DNA of 64,000 bases from NCBI GenBank assembly GCA_965656495.1, contig CBFHKU010000001.1, positions 274,781 through 338,780 of the forward strand. Direction: 5' to 3'. A program made the translations under genes and the position numbers. Position 1 is the stretch's first letter. Each line of letters begins with the position of its first letter. Shown here piece by piece: positions 60,044-64,000 of the stretch. Below the pieces are notes generated by a model. It was not told the origin of the DNA. It did not search any database and saw only the letters and a program-made list of their open reading frames with translations. Source of the DNA: Coraliomargaritaceae bacterium. Lineage in GTDB: Bacteria; Verrucomicrobiota; Verrucomicrobiia; Opitutales; Coraliomargaritaceae.

Positions 60044-63000
60044 ATGCCTACATACAAGTCTAGTACCCTAAAGCCCTTATCGACAAACCCTCGCGGGTTT
60101 GCCTTGGTCATCGCGCTTTCGTTGATGTCCTTTGTTCTGCTCTTGGTTTTGAGTTTGTCGGCTTTGCTGCAGGTAGAAAACAGCACCGCTACCATCAGTG
60201 CCGCGGAACTGGAGGCACGCATGAACGCGCAACTCGGCGCCATGATTGCGCTGGGCGATTTGCAACGCTACACCGGCCCGGATCAACGGGTCACGGCGCG
60301 CGCCGACATTTTGCTGGCACCGGGTGAGACGGGCCGCACAGGACAAGAGCGCTGGACGGGGGTCTGGTCCTCGAAGAGCAATATCAATGACCCTCTAGAT
60401 GGGATTGATGGCTTGAATAATCGACAGCCGGTCTGGTTGGTGAGCGGTGAAAATCCGAATGCATACTCAGCGATTGGGACAAACGCCGTAGCATTGGCAA
60501 CGGTTGGTAAAAGCGTAATCGATAAAAGCGCCAAAGCTGGCGATGACACCGTTCGAGTGGAAACGGAGGCGATTGTGGGAAGCGAAGCGGAGATCAGCGG
60601 TCGCTATGCTTACTGGGTGAGCGACGAGGGCATCAAGGCGCGGGTCAACTTATCGGATCCACATTTGGATAGTTCCGATCCCGATGCGGATTACTACCGC
60701 AACGCGATGGCACAGGTCGCCGATCCGACCGCAGTCTCAAATTTTGAGGGCAAGCAAATTTTGTCCGCGACCGAGTCACGCTGGAAAAAGGTGGAACTCG
60801 ACCCTGCCTCCATCACCAGTTTGAAGAACATCCCGATGTTCCTTGAGCCGGACTTGGGAGACGAAAAATTGGACAGCGTAAACCGCGAGTTCTTCCACGA
60901 CTTCACGGTACATTCCAGCGGTGTGCTCGCCAACGTAAAGGACGGCGGTTTGAAACGCGACCTCTCGACGGCGCTGTTGGATTTGCCGAAAGATTTAGAG
61001 GACGAACTTCTCTTTGAACCTCATGGAAACGAACCAAGCCCCGGTGATCCGGGAGGTCCCACTTGGAAACAACTGGCCAACTTTTTTAAAGCTTCCCTCG
61101 AAGAAAAATCCGGGGATCCCAATCAGGTTGAATTCCGTATGCCGACTGAAGATCAACCGGGCATTGTTCCGGTGGTAACCCGTTGGGTTTTTATCTATCA
61201 CCCCTTTGCGGCTTTCACCAGCGATACCCCGATAAGCGATGGCTCAGAGGGTTTTCAGGTACAGAACTACTCCAATAACTACGAATATAGCATCGGGATA
61301 TTACCGCTTATAACTTTGTGGAATCCGTATGACAAGGATCTGGTAATTGGCGAATCAGACGAAGACGCCATTGGGGTTGAGTGCGAATTTTTTCGCGACG
61401 CGGTATGGCGCCGTTGGCCAAGAAGCAACGACATCGTCTGTGATATAAGAAATGCAGGAAACTGGAGCTACTCGATGCCCGTTTTTTCAAATGCGGCTCG
61501 GGCTTGGGTGTTGCGGTTTAAGATCAAAGGCCTAACCATTCCTGCTGGGGAAGCCCTTAACTTTTCGCCACCCCTGAATTCATACTATCAAAAGGTCGTG
61601 GCGGCAGATGGAGCGGGAGACAATTACCTTGTGCCGGGTGCGAGTGGCGAGTTGGTCAATGGGTTTTTCAGCGTACCGAAGCGGGGGGAGGCTCGGCAGG
61701 GCAATTTGAACAACCCTGCCTTTACCGGAAATAGCGGCGCCGGTTTTGGATTCTATAATCAAGCTGCGGGCATGGTCGCAAATCCTGCCCTTCAGCTTAA
61801 CCATGTATGGCAGACGAAAAATTCCGGTGGCGATTTGGGCAGCACGACCATTCAAAACGGGACGATGACCCGGCAATTGCTCAACCTATATTATTTGCCC
61901 AATGTCAGCGGTGACTGGCAGGACGTCGACCGTTTCAAAGCCTTGAGTTTTCGCGGGCCGGAAAAAACCGTGTATGAGAACAAGATGCGCAGCGTCCTGC
62001 TGAACCGCGCTATCACTGACCCCGATGCCGCTTGGAATGTTGCTCCCATTACATTTGACGACGCCATTAATCCCAAGGGTGCCAGCAAAAATGCCAATTT
62101 TAATGATGGGCTCATCGATTTGACTGATTTTAACACATTTAAATTTTCTGGAAAGGCATTGCGAGGCGTGACAGCGGTTTTGAAGTTCCCGATGGCAGCG
62201 ACCGATGCCGGTACAACATTTGGGTATGACCTGCCCTCGCACCTGTATGGAAGGCTCAATCCTACTTCACCGGTGAGTAACAGCCCGCTCGGCACCGAAA
62301 AGAATCAATTCTTCAACAAAGATTATTCCCTCTACACCAGAGGACCGGCTTCGGATCCCAGCCACTGGGCCGGTAACCCGAACGTCCCGCCACTAGAGAA
62401 CCTGAATTTTGCAGCTATGGACGAGGCGGCCACATACGTTGGGCTAGGGGACACTTTTTCAAATAAGGGTAGTAAGCAAGCGGTGCTCTTTGAAATCCCG
62501 GATAAACCTATCATCAGCGTGGGGCAGTTGATGCATGCAAATTTGTCCTCCCTGAGAAGCAGCAACAGCGGCGGCGAGTTTAATCAGGAAAACCATTTCC
62601 CGCTCGACAACATGATTCAGGAGTCCGGCGGAAAAAATACAAATCGCTTTCATGCCTATGCTGCGCCGGCACACGCCATCGGTAACTCAATGGCACCGGT
62701 GTCCATTAGCCTCAGTCAGACCAAGGATTTTGAAGCGGATGGGGTCAATTTGGACGAGGCTCAAATTCCCGCCATGGGTGCCAGTTATGATTATTCCTAT
62801 GAATTGAATGCGGCCCTCTGGGATCGTTTCTTCTTTAGCGGCCACAACAACACATCGCCAACTTACCCCCTGCCCAATAGCCGTCTACGCTTTTGGGACG
62901 AAGATACTTCCTCCGCAAGTCTCGCTCTGGAAAATGAGGCCGCCGCGCATTTGCTTCTCGCGGGTGGCTTCAATATTAACTCTACCTCAGTGGCGGCCTG

Positions 63001-63763
63001 GGAATCCGTTCTGGGCGCAATGCGCGAGATTCCTCTGCCCGATGGCACCAGTTCCAGTGAAGCGGAGCAAAAGCACCCCTTTGCACGTTTTACAAAACCC
63101 CTCTCTGGCAACACCGGCTCCCTTCCGGGTTCAACGACTGACAAGGCTGCTCTGGCGGCCGGTTACAGAAGCCTTACCGACGCCCAAATCTCGGCATTGG
63201 CAACCGAGCTGGTAGCAGAAATCCGGCGACGCACCAGCGCCCTTCGCAACAACGGTTTTCGTCACCCCTTCCTCTCGCTCGCTGATTTCATTAACCGCTC
63301 CCTTGTCCACAGCACTAAATCCTACGCCCTCAGTGGTGCAATTCAGGCCGCCATTGACCGCACTGACATCAACGGTTCCAAGGCTGATTCCAGCGGATTA
63401 TGGAATGCTACCGAAACAGCCGCCCTGCCTAATTACGCTGAAAACGACTTGAAGCTTGAGAATCGTCCCCTCACCGAGGGGATGCCCGGCTTCCTTATGC
63501 AGGCTGACCTCTTGAGCAAGATCGGGTCGATTTTGCAGGCCCGCAGCGACACCTTTACAATCCGTGCTTACGGCAGTGCCGAGAATCCCGTTACCAATGC
63601 CGCCCGTAGCCGCGCCTATTTCGAGATCACGGTACAACGCCTGCCCGCATATATTGATGCTACCAACTTGGATTATGAAGCAGCCAATTCGCCCCTTAAT
63701 CAAAGTTTTGGTCGGCGTTACAAAATCATCTCGGAGCGCTATCTGGGGGGCGATGAGATTTGA
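60044..63763 (+). CDS. Large PilX-like/pseudopilin-anchored protein (Verrucomicrobial family)
   Basis: RG-FALVIALSLM prepilin-like N-terminus, GPDQRVTA, YAYWVSDEG.KA, RSDTFTIRAYG, FGRRY. Confidence 0.8.
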   Translation: MPTYKSSTLKPLSTNPRGFALVIALSLMSFVLLLVLSLSALLQVENSTATISAAELEARMNAQLGAMIALGDLQRYTGPDQRVTARADILLAPGETGRTGQERWTGVWSSKSNINDPLDGIDGLNNRQPVWLVSGENPNAYSAIGTNAVALATVGKSVIDKSAKAGDDTVRVETEAIVGSEAEISGRYAYWVSDEGIKARVNLSDPHLDSSDPDADYYRNAMAQVADPTAVSNFEGKQILSATESRWKKVELDPASITSLKNIPMFLEPDLGDEKLDSVNREFFHDFTVHSSGVLANVKDGGLKRDLSTALLDLPKDLEDELLFEPHGNEPSPGDPGGPTWKQLANFFKASLEEKSGDPNQVEFRMPTEDQPGIVPVVTRWVFIYHPFAAFTSDTPISDGSEGFQVQNYSNNYEYSIGILPLITLWNPYDKDLVIGESDEDAIGVECEFFRDAVWRRWPRSNDIVCDIRNAGNWSYSMPVFSNAARAWVLRFKIKGLTIPAGEALNFSPPLNSYYQKVVAADGAGDNYLVPGASGELVNGFFSVPKRGEARQGNLNNPAFTGNSGAGFGFYNQAAGMVANPALQLNHVWQTKNSGGDLGSTTIQNGTMTRQLLNLYYLPNVSGDWQDVDRFKALSFRGPEKTVYENKMRSVLLNRAITDPDAAWNVAPITFDDAINPKGASKNANFNDGLIDLTDFNTFKFSGKALRGVTAVLKFPMAATDAGTTFGYDLPSHLYGRLNPTSPVSNSPLGTEKNQFFNKDYSLYTRGPASDPSHWAGNPNVPPLENLNFAAMDEAATYVGLGDTFSNKGSKQAVLFEIPDKPIISVGQLMHANLSSLRSSNSGGEFNQENHFPLDNMIQESGGKNTNRFHAYAAPAHAIGNSMAPVSISLSQTKDFEADGVNLDEAQIPAMGASYDYSYELNAALWDRFFFSGHNNTSPTYPLPNSRLRFWDEDTSSASLALENEAAAHLLLAGGFNINSTSVAAWESVLGAMREIPLPDGTSSSEAEQKHPFARFTKPLSGNTGSLPGSTTDKAALAAGYRSLTDAQISALATELVAEIRRRTSALRNNGFRHPFLSLADFINRSLVHSTKSYALSGAIQAAIDRTDINGSKADSSGLWNATETAALPNYAENDLKLENRPLTEGMPGFLMQADLLSKIGSILQARSDTFTIRAYGSAENPVTNAARSRAYFEITVQRLPAYIDATNLDYEAANSPLNQSFGRRYKIISERYLGGDEI

Positions 63764-64000
63764 AACAGCGCGGTATATCTTTTTCCGGACTATGCCTCGG
63801 GCTTTTATTGGCGCTTACATGCAGCGCGCAAAACCAGTCGGGTTCCCTCGCTAGTGATATAAGCTACAGTTTCACGGTCTTCTATTTAAACTACGCTACA
63901 TCGGAAGACCAAGGTGACCCCTATAACGTCACGAACCTGAAGTTTCTCGACCGTGGTGCGCCCGTTAATTTGGTCGTGCATCACGGTTCGGTTTCGCGTC
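63760..64000 (+). CDS. Exported protein, partial (runs off the window)
   Basis: TTG overlapping the previous stop; open frame MKQRGISFSGLCLGLLLALTCSAQ... to the window end. Confidence 0.6.
   Translation, partial: MKQRGISFSGLCLGLLLALTCSAQNQSGSLASDISYSFTVFYLNYATSEDQGDPYNVTNLKFLDRGAPVNLVVHHGSVSR

Overview
Bacterial chromosome segment, very probably Verrucomicrobiota (Opitutales-like). This is inferred from the TIGR03790-like protein, the PilX-like giant protein and the DPxAAAxW-repeat protein. Most of the window is housekeeping or stress genes (phrB, der, sodA, tadA, infA, cysK, ribE, gluQ, rsmE, rsmD, kdsA, trxB, pdxH, lysA), plus a Czc/Cus heavy-metal RND operon, an ars operon using an aquaporin, fabZ-fabI and oleA-oleB lipid genes, two tRNAs and about five toxin-antitoxin pairs. 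The main accessory feature is a ~6.6 kb lower-GC island (35012-41683) bounded by a duplicated 65-bp 3' end of a phytoene-desaturase-like gene. It holds an integrase-less integron cassette array on the minus strand, with six attC sites, a probable attI and a possible decayed intI start. One 3.3-kb cassette encodes an AhdI/PshAI-like (Type IIH) M+S+R restriction system whose methyltransferase promoter carries two GACN4GTC sites. Other cassettes are candidate anti-phage genes. Intergenic regions contain ordered mosaics of REP palindromes and several short tandem-repeat families. A secreted Cys/His-containing RGPP leader peptide precedes the czc operon. All assignments come from reading motifs by eye; no database searches were run.
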